Below, piece by piece: positions 35,821-50,104 of a stretch of 64,000 nucleotides of DNA (the stretch's first letter is position 1; each line of letters starts with the position of its first letter). A program made the position numbers and the translations under genes. Source of the DNA: Octopus sinensis (lineage: Eukaryota); NCBI RefSeq assembly GCF_006345805.1, contig NC_043007.1:43710001-43774000 (forward strand), in the 5' to 3' direction. The notes beneath the pieces are model-generated. The model was given only the letters and a program-made list of their open reading frames with translations. It was not told the origin of the DNA and did no database searches.

Positions 35821-36279
35821 CTAATGCACGGACGTAGCGGGAAACGTACTTAAGGTTCTAAACTTAATCACGTGATCATTCTCTACAACACTTGACAGAA
35901 AATATTCAGATTATTGATTGGTACTGTCACTAGACATGCTAACTCAATCGTGCCAGCCTTAACTTACGACGCCAAACAATGTCACTTGGCATTAACTCGC
36001 GGACGTAGCGGGGAACCTACAAAAATTTCTAAGATTAATCATGTGACTATCCCCTACCAATCAAGTCCAATCCAAAACATGTACTATTTTGAGCCATGTA
36101 CTCCCTATAAAAAATAGGACTATCTGCAAACACTAGTCAGAAACATGACAGTTGCGGCATAACCCGTCTTTCTATTTCAACTTTTGAAAATCAGTGTAAA
36201 CTGTGAAACCGGTTAAATCTTTGAATTTGGTAAAATTTTAAAACTATTTTCAGTGCATTTTCAACTTCTATTATATAGT

Positions 36280-36560
36280 CTATCAGATGTTGCTACACAT
36301 TGCTGGTCACAATGCGCTTCGCATTGTTTTAGCCTTCAAATGACGCCACCCCGCTGGCTAAGCGAGCAGGCCAACAGAAGAAAGAGTGAGAGAAAGTTGT
36401 GGCGAAAGAGTACAGCAGGGATCGTCACCACCCCTGCCGGAGCCTCGTGGAGCTTTAGGTGTTTTCGTTCAATAAACACTCACAACGCCCGGTCTGGGAA
36501 TCGAAACCGCGATCCTACGACCGTGAGTCCGCTGCACTAACCACTGGACCATTGCGCCCC
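36280..36560 (-). mobile_element. tRNA-derived SINE, apparently full length
   Basis: ggcgcaatggtccagtggttagtgcagcggactcacggtcgtaggatcgcggtttcgattcccagacc head with A and B boxes. Confidence 0.85.
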
Positions 36561-36621
<61 letters not shown>

Positions 36622-39157
36622 ATATACATACATACATACATACATACATACATACATACATACATACATACATACACACACAGACACACACATATGTGTT
36701 TGTGTATGCATAGTTACGAACTAAGGAAATGTGTGATGCCAGTTTTCTATACATCATATATCATATTATATTTTAGAATTAATGTGATATGCATGAGAAA
36801 GATTTAAGACCTGTTGTTGAAAGCTGGGTGTAAAATCTGTATATTAAAATGTCCTACCTGAAGATTATTGAGTCTAAAATACCACCAGCAGACTTCCAGT
36901 GGCGTCTGCTAAGAAGAAGGCATTCACTCACAAAAAAATTGGGAAATATGATACTAGTATGACTTTAAGAATCTGAAGAATTTTGATTGTAGAGTGAAAC
37001 CATACAAAGAATAAAATTTGCATTTGAGAAGAGAGATCCCTCCGCCGCACCATATTAATCTAATATGCAATTTAAATAAGCAGCGTTCTTCCATTCTAGA
37101 AATCGGTTGACACTTTTTTTAATGGAATTTAGAAGACCAATTCTACTCTTTTGTAAACCTGTCACTAATACTTCCCAGTTTTAAACTGCCATACACTCTT
37201 TGTTAGAGATGCCACAGGCGAATGAGAGAGCTCCTACGTGGTCACTCGTTCTGTGAAAAATACTAACCAAATATTACTCAAATCACACATCTATCTTAAA
37301 TAAGAGAGTGCTATATTATATAATGAAGTTCTACATGAACCTTAGCGGATGATGACGGCTGGAGTGCGTTTGATCATAGGTCTTCTTGTGACTAAGTGGC
37401 AAGAATTACTTAATTAGTTACCGTCAGTTTCTCCAAAATTTCCCGTTCAACTTGATCACACTCTAAATGCTTAATGTGTCTCCTTGTTACTCATCTTGTT
37501 ACAACATACCACCATTTTAAAGCTCAAATGACAAACATAAATCTGTAGCTAGCACCTTTCCTTTGGGAAGGAAGAGTCTACAGTGATGGTACAGGAGGTT
37601 TCTCAGCTAAGTTTAAAATTTCAAAATTTTAAAAACGCTGCAGGGAAAATATATGAAATTAATCATGAAAGCTGATAAACTTGTAAAATGTCAAAGAAAT
37701 TTCTAAATCTGTTGGAATAGTCTGATGTCTTAAACGTATTTTAAAACGAGATCTACACTTACAACTCTGCGCCATTTAAATCTGAAATTCGGAACGGAGT
37801 ATCATCAAATGAACATCAACAATCTTATTAAACAAGTGTTTTTTGTTTAATGTTGATATTTATTTACATTTTCAATTACGTATATATTTTAGTTGAGAGA
37901 TGAAACTGAGAAAGCAAATTTGTTGCTCTTTGTTGCTGTTTAATAAAATCAGCATGATGCACAGACACACCTTGAGAAGCCTGGAGACCGTTGTGAAATT
38001 AATTTAAATAAAAGTGTCCTTAGTTGCGAAAAAGTGAGAAATCCATAGATACAGGTTGCCATCCTTCTCTTTTACTCCATCTCTCGCGAGTTCTTTATTT
38101 GTCTATTTTCTCCTTTCTTTGACTACTCCTCACATACCTGTATCATCTTTATTCACCAATTAATAACTGAAATTCAAGCCTCAGAATAATAAGACTACCT
38201 CTTCCTACTTTAAAAATAATCAACCCGAAATTATATCAACCCTATGATTTTAATTTTAATGGCAATAAATGCTATTAAAGACAGTCCTTTTATTGTCCCG
38301 CGTGCGTTGTGAAGTTTTGCTTCATCGGTCTAATGATGGAATATATAAGCAGTCCGTAGAAGAACTGGTCGGCGAATTTTTCTTCGGCGCTAAGGTCCAG
38401 CAAAGACATATCCAAGTAGACTTTATGGTTTCTGCCGTTACTTAACCTCAGCGACAAGAAAATCATTGATTTGCGCATCAAATCTCCTTGGTCTTGTTAA
38501 GTTACAGAATATTTTGTTGTTTCTTTGCTCTGTGGCGATGTAAATAAATACATATTGCTCTTTTTAACGGACAATAATGTATCTTTAGGTACTCATTACA
38601 TATAAAATGACTAACTATATGTGACATACTTTTGTAAATAGTTTCACATACTTTATGTCGTGAATCAGAAATTATTTTTAATAAATTAAAATTATAACTG
38701 TAATGAGAAAAGGAAAAGCCATTAGCATTAATGACAATTCTTGCTTACTTCAACTTTTAACATTTGAAATGATCCACCGTCAAAATGAAACTCTTGTCTA
38801 AGGAAAAATCAACGGACAGCAACAATAATTCACGAAAAGCTAGGAGAGGTAGGGGAATAATATTGGGTAAATGAAAGCCATCGTAATGCATTTCAACCTG
38901 ATATGTTCCGGCATTTGAAATATTAAACGTTACTTTCTAGATTATAATTACAAACCCTACACTATTCCACTATTACTCTTTATAGAAGTAATAAGGTGGC
39001 GCAATTGTTATTTAACACCATTCTGTATTTTTCCAGACAGGAAAATTCTGAATGTTTATAGGTGTCCAAAAGTACAGTTCATTATCCAATGTGTCATTTT
39101 CTTTTCAAGTCGTTTGGGTGTGAGTTGAGGGAGTTTGGCTGATATTTCTAACCGATT

Positions 39158-39192
39158 GAACGACGTGCGTACAGAGGTACGCACGTTCGTTC
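39158..39192. repeat. 15-bp hairpin (1 bulge) at the end of a dispersed repeat
   Basis: gaacgacgtgcgtac-agag-gtacgcacgttcgttc, following a gagtttggctgatatttcta motif also seen near 18570, 37260, 43715 and 45330. Confidence 0.6.
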
Positions 39193-39839
39193 ACAGTCTG
39201 GTAGGTTTGGAAGAACAGATGCAGAGCTGAACTAGATGATTTACAGCATTCAGAGTCGACATTTTACCTTTGTAGTTAAAAATTAACCCTGCCGCGTTTG
39301 ATCTTTCACTCCAGAATCGATCAAATTAGTACCAATTATTGATTGGATACCATTCAGTAGACTATGCACTTCGTAACACACATTTATAAAAGGCACATGG
39401 GTAATGTTGCCTCGACTACAGAATAAAATGAATAATAGGTATGCTTAATCAAGGATGAACTGAGGTAAGCAACAACAATCACATCAGTAAGTGTTAGACT
39501 TAAATCAACGTCCAATTTAACACCACCTTCAGTGGTTATACTAGAATACAATCTGTTGTCCAGTTTAACACTGCTCGTTCTTGGTCCTTGGGTACTTTTA
39601 ATATACTCCATCTAGCTGTCCATTTTAACATCCCTAACCAGCTTTTGGTGGTTGTAGTAGAGCCTGGTCTATTGTTTCATTTAACACCGTTGCCTGATTT
39701 TTGGGTGGCTTTAGTAGAGCCCACTCTCTCACAAGCATTCGGGCCAGGTTTCCTACTGCAAGTCTTTGAGACTCTGAAAAAAAAAATCATCGGTTTTGTC
39801 CCTTCCGCCTTAAATTACATTTAAACAAAGAAATATAAT

Positions 39840-40050
39840 AGTTTCTAACTTAAGCACAAGTCCAGTAGTTTTATGAGGAAGAAATTAGTCGATTCCATTA
39901 GCCCCAGTATTTGACTACCACTTTATTTTCTCGACCCCGAAACAGAGTGAAAGCAAAGCTGACCTCGTCAAGATTTAAACTCAGAATGTAAAGAGCTGTG
40001 AGAAATACTGCATGGGATTTCATCCAATGCTATAACGACTCTACCAGCTG
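39840..40050 (-). mobile_element. SINE family A, degenerate
   Basis: ctttattttctcgaccccgaaacagagtgaaagcaaagctgacctcgtcaagatttaaactcagaa. Confidence 0.7.
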
Positions 40051-40729
40051 ACAACATCAAAATAATGTATCACAATAACACAATACTGATGCAATTTGTA
40101 TAAATATTTCTTTTTCCCAGTTTACGAAGATATGGATTATAGCTCCTGACACTAACTTGACATGACTACTGTCTCTCATCACAATCAACGTGTGTGTTAT
40201 GAGAAGCTTATCATTTATCAGTTGTTTGTGTATGACGAAGCTCTAACTGGTAATATATGAAGGAATACAGAGATAGATAATATAAGATAAACAGGTTGCT
40301 TTGTTTATGTTTCTCTAATTGTTCACAGTACTAAATAAATTACTTTATATTATTGTTATTGTTTCTTTTAACTGATAATGGTGATCTGTGTTCTGTTGTT
40401 TGTTTTAACTGTTGAGCTCATACAGGGGCATCGCCTTCTGAGCAAGTACCAAACAAAATGTCATTTATGTTGTTTTCACCCCTTTACGTCTACAGAGTTC
40501 AAATCTCGCCTGTATCAACTTTTCTTTATCTTTTAGTCAGGAGGGAAGGCAATTGCTTATGATTCTTTACGGGGCTTCCGATGTCCATGAGTAGCAAGGG
40601 GAAAGGTATCCTCAAACTGGAGAATTGATCAAAAAGCTTGCTACAAAATGGACTCTGCTAAAGGCACTCAAGACCGCCAGGCAATAGTGTTAACTCGGGC
40701 GATGGTTTGTCTACCACCCGAGTAGGCTA

Positions 40730-41082
40730 TGGTCGGATTTGAATTCACAATACAAGGAGTCGTAACAAATACTGTAAGACATTCGTTATGACGCTCTTAC
40801 AGTTTTGCAAAATTGTGTTTCTTTTTCACGACCCGAGCAGCATAAAAGCAAAATTAACCTTAGTGAGATTTGAACTCAGAAGACAAAGTCGAAACAAATA
40901 TCACATGACATCCAGTACGACCTTCTTACAGTTTCGCAAATTTGTACCTTTTTCATGACCTGGAAAGGATAAAAGGCAAAGTTAATCTTGACGAAATTTG
41001 AACTCAGGAGGCAATGAGTCTGAACAAATAATACAAGGCATTTAATCCGACCGCTCTAACGATTCTACTGAATTGTCGCCTG
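40730..41082 (-). repeat. Tandem array of three diverged SINE A head units (~135 bp)
   Basis: Repeated atttgaa(t/c)tca...aacaaata...cttacagttt(t/c)gcaaa. Confidence 0.6.
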
Positions 41083-41149
41083 GTTTTTATCGTCTATATT
41101 TGCAGTCAAGCACTGGGGTCGGTCTACGTTGACAGTATACAACCTTAAA

Positions 41150-41790
41150 ATATGTGACATTGTCGGTGCTAGAAAATCTAGGCATCAATGAGAACGAACT
41201 GGGTGGTCTGTTACAGAGGGAATTCAGGACGGAGACTATTACAAATAACTTCCAGAAGTCCTCGACCTGGCAGTGCTACCGAGAGGTGACACTGGTTCGG
41301 GATAAACTCTACAAGCACGGAAGTACAGCCAAGCGGAACTGTCCGAGATACATGTTCATCGACGAGACTGTACTGCCCGCACTCGTGTAATTTTGAGCAT
41401 TGCTAACTTGTGGATTTATGTCCAACAGCTATTTTCGCATGTAAGACGAATCTGGCTGTCGGTCGAATCTATCGTTATGGTCATCCCGCCGCCTTCCTAT
41501 AATAAGGCGAGATAGAAAGTGCTTTTTTTGTCTGGTGGCTATGGTGTAAGAACTTGTGTAGTGGATAAGGCTGAAAGAGCTTGTGTAGTGGATAAGACAC
41601 TTTCCTCTTCGGTCAACCCCTCATCGTTTTTTTTCAAATTCCACTTGGTAAGGAGAGTAAGGTAGGTGGGCGAGGGGAGAAAATTTTCTCCTTCAGCAAA
41701 ACCTCAAAAGTTCGGTGATTGTAGAAAAAATTGTTTGGATGAAAGGTATCACTTTAAGCATGCATCTGTAGATCGGAGAATAATAGTTGG
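41150..41790 (+). mobile_element. Tx1/L1-group LINE C-terminal (zf-RVT) fragment
   Basis: NNFQKSSTWQCYREVTLVRDKLYKHGSTAKRNCPR...DETVLPALV, then LSVESIVMVIPPP, CLVAMV, FFKFHLVRRVR. Confidence 0.7.
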
Positions 41791-42717
41791 GTAAGGGATC
41801 ATGTCCATAGTGATTAGAGCAGGTATCGGGGAACTTTTTTTAACCACTTAGCCCAAAATATATTTATTTACGCGAAAATTATCCTCTTTATCTGAAAGGA
41901 AGAAAATCATAGATTCTTTGAATTCAAAAGGTTTACTGAATCTATTTTATTGAATCTATATGAATCTATTTACACGTCCATTACATTGATCAGGTACAGT
42001 GTTGCCTGAAGAAAAATTTCTGTCGCAACAAGGAACACTTCTTTTTTTATATAATTTACTTATGTCTAATGAGTCCTCATTACCCCCAAGAATTTCATTT
42101 TTATCCCACTTGGGGTAATTTACCTCAGCTGGCCGACCTCAAGATTAGAGCCATCTTAGACCTGTGCGGTTTCTTGTTTTCTTCTAATTGGAAGTCCTTC
42201 TGTATCAGAAGGACTGCATCATACATGTGTTTACATATATTGTATACAATGAATACATTTTATCTCATTTCTTCTCTCTTGGCCTTCCTTTCTCCATCGC
42301 TGTTATTTTGTAAACCTCCACACAGATTAAAATATTCTTGTAATGTCTGAAAACCATCGGATGCCCCTGTGGAAAATAAAAGAAATCATCATCGTCGTCG
42401 TCATCATAGTCATCGTCGTCATTATTATTATTATTATTATTATCTCATTACTCTTCAGTTTTGATGTTCTGGATTATCTATGTAATTTCTAAGTTCCTTT
42501 CTGTAACTTAGAGAGACAACACTTGCGCTATTCTGCGTATGGACGCCGACCGTGTACGTCTAACGATGTCTGGTAGCTCCAACTTCTCATGCCAGATTTT
42601 TGAGGCTTTATGAATAAACTCCACTTCAAATGTCAGGTCTTGTTACTTTTTAACTTCCTTATACGATGTATTCATAATGTTCTAATCTCAAGGTACTGCT
42701 ATTATTGTTATAATAAT

Positions 42718-42904
<187 letters not shown>

Positions 42905-42906
42905 AA

Positions 42907-43131
42907 AGCGGCAAGCTGAAAGGTTAGCGCGCAGGACAAAACGCTTAGCGACATTTCGTCTGTCTTTACACTTTGGGTTCAAATTCCGCCGAGCTTGAAT
43001 TAACCTTTCATTCTCTCATGGATCGATAAAGTGTGTAAGTACTAGTTGAGCACTGGGGGTCGACCTAATCGACTTACTTCTACCCTGAAATTGCTGGTCT
43101 TGTGCCAAAATTTGAAACCATTGTTATTATT
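42907..43131 (+). mobile_element. SINE family A directly after (ATT)n
   Basis: gcggcaagctgaaaggttagcgc...gttcaaattccgccgag...atcgataaa. Confidence 0.8.
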
Positions 43132-43489
43132 CGGGCTGTGGATTGACAAAATCGTAAGAGTGCAGGAGAAAATGTCTTGCGGTATTTCTTCCTCTGGCTT
43201 TGCCATTATGCCTCAAGGGTTGTTCATGCTAGTCTGACCCTCTGCTCTTGTATCGAAACCAGAAGCTATAATTATTTCCTTTTCACTAAAGCGGTTGTTG
43301 TTCTTGTTTAGCCTCAAGTCAGTATTGTTCCAGTAGATTTATGTTCTAAAGTATTCTAACCATAAGCATTCCGTTTTTATTATACAACATATACAAAGAT
43401 GGTCATGATTGGAAATTATTCCTTCAGTCAGAGATATGACAGAACTAAAAAATGGCCTCAAATTTTTGCACAAGGCCAGGAGGTTCTGG

Positions 43490-43640
43490 GGATGAAAATA
43501 GTCAATTACATCGATCCCAGTCCTCAATTAGTATTTGTTTTACCTACCTCGAAAGGATGAAAGGCAAAGTCGACCTCAGCGGAATTTGAACTCAGAAAGT
43601 AAAGACGGACGAAATGCTGCTAAGCATTCTGCCAGCTCGG
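43490..43640 (-). mobile_element. SINE family A
   Basis: cgaaaggatgaaaggcaaagtcgacctcagcggaatttgaactcagaa. Confidence 0.8.
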
Positions 43641-43869
43641 TGCTTTAGACAAAACTAAACAATAACAAAAATTACGAACCAACAAAGATTCTTTTTTGCG
43701 GTCATTCAATTTACTAGAAATAATAGTCAAATATTTCCCAAATTGCATCCTACTATTTTAATAAAGGTAAAATACATTGGATTATGCGTTCCTGGGTTAA
43801 TTGTCTTGGGCAAAAGAGGATGGTGGAGCCAATGTTAAAACACTTTCAATCCATCTCAGAGATGACGCG

Positions 43870-44300
43870 CAACTTAACAACAACACGAATTTTTAAGCAG
43901 CCTTCATAATCTTAATTCGATTTTTCAACGTTTAAAACAAGGCTAATATTTTATCTTCGAACGGACCATATTCCTTTGAATTAAAGTATAAACTTAACTC
44001 CATTATTATCTCAACCAGATCTATAAACGTACAAAACGTGTCAGACACTGGGCAAGGTTAACAAAAATATTATAGGCTTCAAACAGGCTATATTCCTTTG
44101 AAATATATTCTATTATAAATAGGTTATTTGGAATCACCTTAATGTTTTTGGATGAAGACTATTCAGAAACCTTACGGCATTTTTGTCCCCATTTCAAAAG
44201 AGCCAATTTGAGAGAGAGGACATTTTAAAGTGGTTTTAAGATAGCTACCAAGAATCCACCAAGCATAAGTAAAACCTTTCGATTCAGGCTATAAAAATAT
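43870..44300 (-). mobile_element. Possible very degraded PLE RT remnant
   Basis: SQIGSFEMGTKMP and FLNSLHPK recall PLE RT motifs Q..G..MG...AP and F...LN..HP. Confidence 0.35.
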
Positions 44301-44840
44301 TCAGGACACAAACATTTAAGTGGTCTTTATCTGTATTTCTTCTGTTTTCTCTTCGACCTAGCTTTTGTGTTATTATTTTCGTTTGTTGTTTTGTATAATT
44401 TATTTTCTTTTTTATACAAGTTTATTGTTTTCTTAATATATATATTTCTCAGTCTGTCTTGGCTTGCTAGCTTTGGACGAACTTTTACATTGATAAAATA
44501 AGAATAAAATAAAATAAATATATAAAATAACTACTAGTATTTTCAATGTGTTCTGTCAGTTTAATGCAAACAATCAAGATGTTATTTCCCAGATTGCTGA
44601 ATATATTTAATTTATAATCTCATTATTTATCAAATGATTCAGTGTGATACGATGTAAGTTTTGGCAATGAAACGTTTCAGGCTAATTTTCAGACCAAATC
44701 TTACTACAACTTATGAACAAGTGAAACACTACTAAACTATTGATATCAATAACGGTACTAAAAATAGCTTTGGGGGATATCGATTGGCTGTGAAACAAAT
44801 ATTCCAGTAAATATTTCCGATATATGTGTATATATGTGTG

Positions 44841-44944
<104 letters not shown>

Positions 44945-45379
44945 GTGAGTGTGTTGTGTGTGTGTGCGCATGTGTATCAACAATTTTATTCACTTGGTCG
45001 CTCTTGTAAATGATATATACTAATTTTATCTAACGGTTAGATTTATTAATACGAAAATCATTGAAACTTTTGTCTGTCTGGTTTATAGTAACATTACAAT
45101 ATATGTTCGCAATTGACAGCTTTTTGTTGTGGGGGAGGGGGGATCTCATGGTAATAATTCATTGGTGTACTTGCTGTCGTCGTTATTTAACCACAGGCAA
45201 GCTCTTACTGAATATACTTATGGTCAAAGTATTCAAGCTATGGCCACTCTAACTTTATCTCGGATTACATAATCCAAAACAGTCATCTTTTTCCCGTTTT
45301 TAAAGACAATATGGTGTAATTTGAGAGCAATTTGGTTGCTGTCTCTAGCAAGTCAAAAGACTACGCAGCGGCTCACCTG

Positions 45380-46330
45380 TTGTCTCAGATATCTTGGGAT
45401 AGCGGATTGTGGTGTCGGAGGGCTGAATAAAATACTTTACCGTATTTAGTTGCGTCTTTTTATGACATGGCAGGAGAGAAGGATGATGGCCTTTTCGAAG
45501 GTACTCCGAGACTGGCGAAAGAAACTTCTGTTTGTGGTTTAACCTCAGACAACGGGTGAGCACCTGTGGTCATTGTTTGTGAGCAATGTCTTTCAACAGC
45601 TCCTCTCTTTCACCGGTTTGTAGTCTGATGTCAAACTTAGACCGAAGTCAAGCCCTTAGCATCTTGAGTGTCGGGTGGTGTTCACTGAACGCCCACAGGT
45701 GAGCAATTCGGTTGGTGCTACCTGAACACTCACATTTTGTAGGAGGGCATCAGGGATGATGGCCTTGGAACAATTCTAGCTACTGACAATAAGATTCTGA
45801 ATGGATTCTTCCGGAGGGCTTTTAGGTCTAGATTTATGAAAAATGTCCCAAAGTTCATGACCTGACAGAAATCGAGCGTCGGATGGAAAATGAATTACTT
45901 GTTTCGGGATAAACTCTATATAAACTCTACAGGCTTGACTGTAATGGAGTTTGTCTAAGATGCAGAGATGCAGGCAGAGCGACAAAATGATTCGGCAAGC
46001 TCTCGTTAAGTATCTGTGCACTGTTGGTATGTGGCTTTTTATTTGGTGCAGGACGTATTTGGCTATTAGCCGAGTTCATCATGAATAACAACCCACAGCT
46101 TTCCTTTGTTAAGAAAGAGCTGATAATCTTCCTTTGCCTGGTGGCCATAAGGAAGGAAGTTGTGAGGTGGGTGCCGTTGCAACGTTCGAGGACATAACTT
46201 CTTTTGTCCTTGTCAAGTCCTTTTCAACAGAGTCAAGTACCACCTGAAATAGAAGATGAGTGTAGAGAGACAGATGACATAGGTTATTGGATCCTAAAGC
46301 TATTGAATGAGAGGCATTCCAATAAGTTTT
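45380..46330 (+). mobile_element. Tx1/L1-group LINE 3' fragment, degraded
   Basis: RDKLY, CLRCR...QALV, FLCLVAIRKEVVRW, RVKYHLK*KMSVERQ. Same region as 41150-41790. Confidence 0.6.
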
Positions 46331-46619
46331 ATGAAAGGTTGGTTAGAAAGACAAAAACGGCGTGGTCCAGTAGATTTACTATGGCTATGTGGCTATGTGG
46401 CTATATGTTGACAGTAAGAACAAAAAGAAGGTACTTATCGTTTGTGTGTAAGGGTTATCCGGTATTATGTACGGAATGCTTTGAATCACTCTATGTTTTG
46501 AACCCCATTTGGAGGATTAGAACTTGTTTTTTTTTTATTATTTATTGTTTCCACGTTATTTTTCATTGTCGTTATTACTGTTTTAGCTCGACGTAAACCA
46601 CTCAACCACTCTACTGCTT

Positions 46620-47400
46620 TTGTATTTCGTCCTTCAACGCCATGGATACTGATCGTCAATAAAGTCTTCTACTATGACTGACATGGGAAGATTCAACCAA
46701 AATTTCCCACCTATGGGCGCCATTCATTTTTCATCTCTTGAATCAGTAGAGCCCTGTCAGATCGCACCATCGTGGCTTATGTTGACTGAACTCTTTCTGG
46801 CCCACCCACAATTAACTCTGGTTTACTTCAGGGTTCGGTTTTGTTCCTTACATTCCTCCTTCTATACATACATGCCGACAATCCAACAGCGCTCATTCTT
46901 CTACTGATGATACTCCCTTCATTCGATTGTAGCTTCTTCCAACCATGCATAATTTACACGCAAACTAGACTCCATACGTAAAGCAGGCACTGATTCTGTA
47001 AATGGAGACCTTCAGATCATCCTTCAGTGAGGTCATGCACACCTTTCTCTTTTTAGGCAAAACACTACCTCTGCACACGCCCTTAAACTTGGGCGCCACT
47101 CAGTTGGAGTCCTCACAGTCGTTCCAAGTGCTATACCTCACTATTATCGAGGATCTCTTCTGATAAAGGATCCTTAAACATAGGTAAGACTGCATCCCAA
47201 AGACTGCCATTTCTTTTCAACACCGTAACAACTGCTGACAATCTACAAGGCCCACAATGGATTGTTGTTCCCATATCCAGGATGATGCAGCTACTACGTA
47301 CGCAAATATTTTTGACTGCATCAAGAAAACAGCCATTCGACTAATTGGTATTTAATCGCTAGCACATGCTCCAGCTTCTGGCACACAGCTCTACTGTATC
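46620..47400 (+). mobile_element. CR1-group LINE RT fragment, degraded
   Basis: TINSGLLQGSVLFLTFLLLYI, HSSTDD (for YADD), LTIYKAH, IKKTAIRLIG. Confidence 0.65.
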
Positions 47401-47429
47401 CAAGAACTGCCATTGACCCCACAATATAT

Positions 47430-48585
47430 AATAATGAAATCTGTAGGATATTGAATACATCAAACAAGTATATTACAAAAATGAAAGAAGCTTTAAAAAA
47501 TAAGCAGAATAAAAATACAAATTCGAGTAGTTTCTCAATATGCGACGATATTCTAATGTATGCGCAAAGAATTGTAGTACCAACTGCATTACAAAAACGT
47601 GTATTGCAACAATTCCACAGCAGACACCCAGGAATGTCGAGGATGAAAGCTCTGACGAGGAGCTACATCTATTGGTTGACTATGGATTGGGATAGTGAAC
47701 ATTTGGTAAGGTTGCGCGCTCGCGGCCATAGCCCCTCCGGTAAAATATCAATAGTGGCCGGAGGCTGAGAACCCATGGCCTAGGTTACATATCGACTATG
47801 CTGGACCGATGAGCGGCGCTTACTATCTAATCGTGGTAGACAGCTGTACAAAATGGCCAGAGGTATGCAAGTGCAATAAACCAACTGCTAAGATAACTAT
47901 AAAGTTCTTATATGACTTGTTTGCGTGATACGGTGTTCCAGACACGTTAGTTTCTTATAATGGAACGCAATTATCGGGGTTTGTATTCAAGAACTATAAA
48001 ATGCATCCGATAAAGTATATTTTCACTCCACCCCAACAGCCGAGGTCAAATAGGCAGGTAGAAAGATTCGTGGACACGCCCAAAGGAGCGTTAAGAAAAG
48101 ATAGGAATGAGTTAAGTAACGATGAAGCACTAACAAAATTATTAAGGGTATATACAGTAACCCCCAATCCAAGTACAGGATCAGGAACGTCACCCGCAGA
48201 TTTGATGTTCGTGAGAAGAATAAAATCGATTTTTGATAAGTTATTGCCAGAGTAAAAAAGATGGAAAGGAAATACGAAAGATGCAACGAAATATTTCGAA
48301 GTAGAAGATAAAGTGCATTTTAAAACCTACAGAAATGGTGAAGACGGCTGGGAGGATGGCCTTGTAACCAAATAAATTGGATGTATGATGAATCTAGTTG
48401 AAGGAGTCACCTTAAATCAGGTAAAGAAGAGACACGCCGAATAACGGAGAGAAATTCCTATGAAAGTATTTTTTGACGTATTCAATGTCCCAGCACTGTA
48501 AGTAATGGAGTCCCGTAGAACTAGCATGAGGAAACGGAAGCAGACCGAACACCTTGAGATAAGGTCCAAGCGAAAAAAATACTAA
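47430..48585 (+). mobile_element. Ty3/Gypsy pol integrase remnant, no LTR seen
   Basis: RIVVPTALQKRVLQQFHSRHPGMSRMKALTRSYIYW (H2C2), LHIDYAGP, YGVPDTLVSYNGTQ, PRSNRQVERFVDT (rve). Confidence 0.9.
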
Positions 48586-48819
<234 letters not shown>

Positions 48820-49022
48820 GCGACAAGCTGGCAGTATCGTTAACACATCGGGCAAAATGGTTTACGGCTTTTCGTCTGCCGCTACGTTCTAAGTTCAAAT
48901 TTCGCCGAGGTTGATTTTGCCTTTCATCCTTTAAGGGTCGACAAATTAAGTACTAATTGAGTACTGAGGTCGATGTGAACGGCTATCAACCACTCCGCAA
49001 AATCGAGGCCTTGTGCCTAGGA
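48820..49022 (+). mobile_element. SINE family A embedded in trinucleotide arrays
   Basis: gcgacaagctggcagtatcgttaacacatcgggcaaaatg...gttcaaatttcgccgagg, with (ATT)n at 49022-49167. Confidence 0.85.
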
Positions 49023-49035
49023 TTATTATTATTAC

Positions 49036-49101
<66 letters not shown>

Positions 49102-49105
49102 CATT

Positions 49106-49166
<61 letters not shown>

Positions 49167-49544
49167 GGGCGGTGAATTGATTAAGTCTGTAATAAGGTGA
49201 AATAGTATGTATGTATGTATGTGCATGTATACATATACATGTATGAATATATGTTTACATATGTCTGTATATATGTTTGTTTGTCTGTATGTATGTATAT
49301 ATGCATATATGTATGCATGTATGTACCCTCTCATTGCGATCTTCTGTTCGTTTATATTTTAGGAATAACAGTGATACATCTGGCACAGATGCTAGAAACG
49401 ATCAGATGGTTCATTTATCCTACATGCAGTTCAACAAGTACAACTTGAGAACTTGATGGCAGTCAACTGACACTACAGGCTCAAATATATGTATGTATCT
49501 CTGTCTCTGGCTCCGTATGTTTGTCTGTCTGTCTGTCTCTCTGA

Positions 49545-49597
<53 letters not shown>

Positions 49598-49606
49598 TGT
49601 GTGTGT

Positions 49607-49644
<38 letters not shown>

Positions 49645-49820
49645 CATGTATGTATGTATATATATATATGTATGTATGTTTATATATGTATGTGTGTGAA
49701 TATGTATATATGTGCATCTATATATATATATATGTATCTATATATATGTATATATATGTATATGTTTGTATGTATGTATATATATGTGTGTGTATGTGTA
49801 TATACATGTATGTATATATA

Positions 49821-49869
<49 letters not shown>

Positions 49870-50011
49870 ATATAATATATATATATATATGCATGTATAT
49901 AATAATAATTATTATTTGAGGGAATAAAATCCAAACTTACAAGGAAAAAGAATTCACTTTAGAAATACTAAATTAAATTCCACAGAATGTAATATATATA
50001 AAATATGCATG

Positions 50012-50103
<92 letters not shown>

Positions 50104-50104
50104 C

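Noticed and set aside
36480-36560. Possible tRNA genes (also 21117-21202, 56330-56400, 7017-7090)
   Set aside because: A and B boxes are present, but there is no closing acceptor stem and they continue into SINE bodies.
41700-41800. Apparent PYSPDL-like mariner motif on the minus strand
   Set aside because: Better explained as the 3' end of the plus-strand Tx1-like LINE.
44660-44700. Minus-strand CUGAAAA...GAAACGUU (similar case at 59375-59403, plus strand)
   Set aside because: Core mutated and stem II unpaired. Too degenerate to call.
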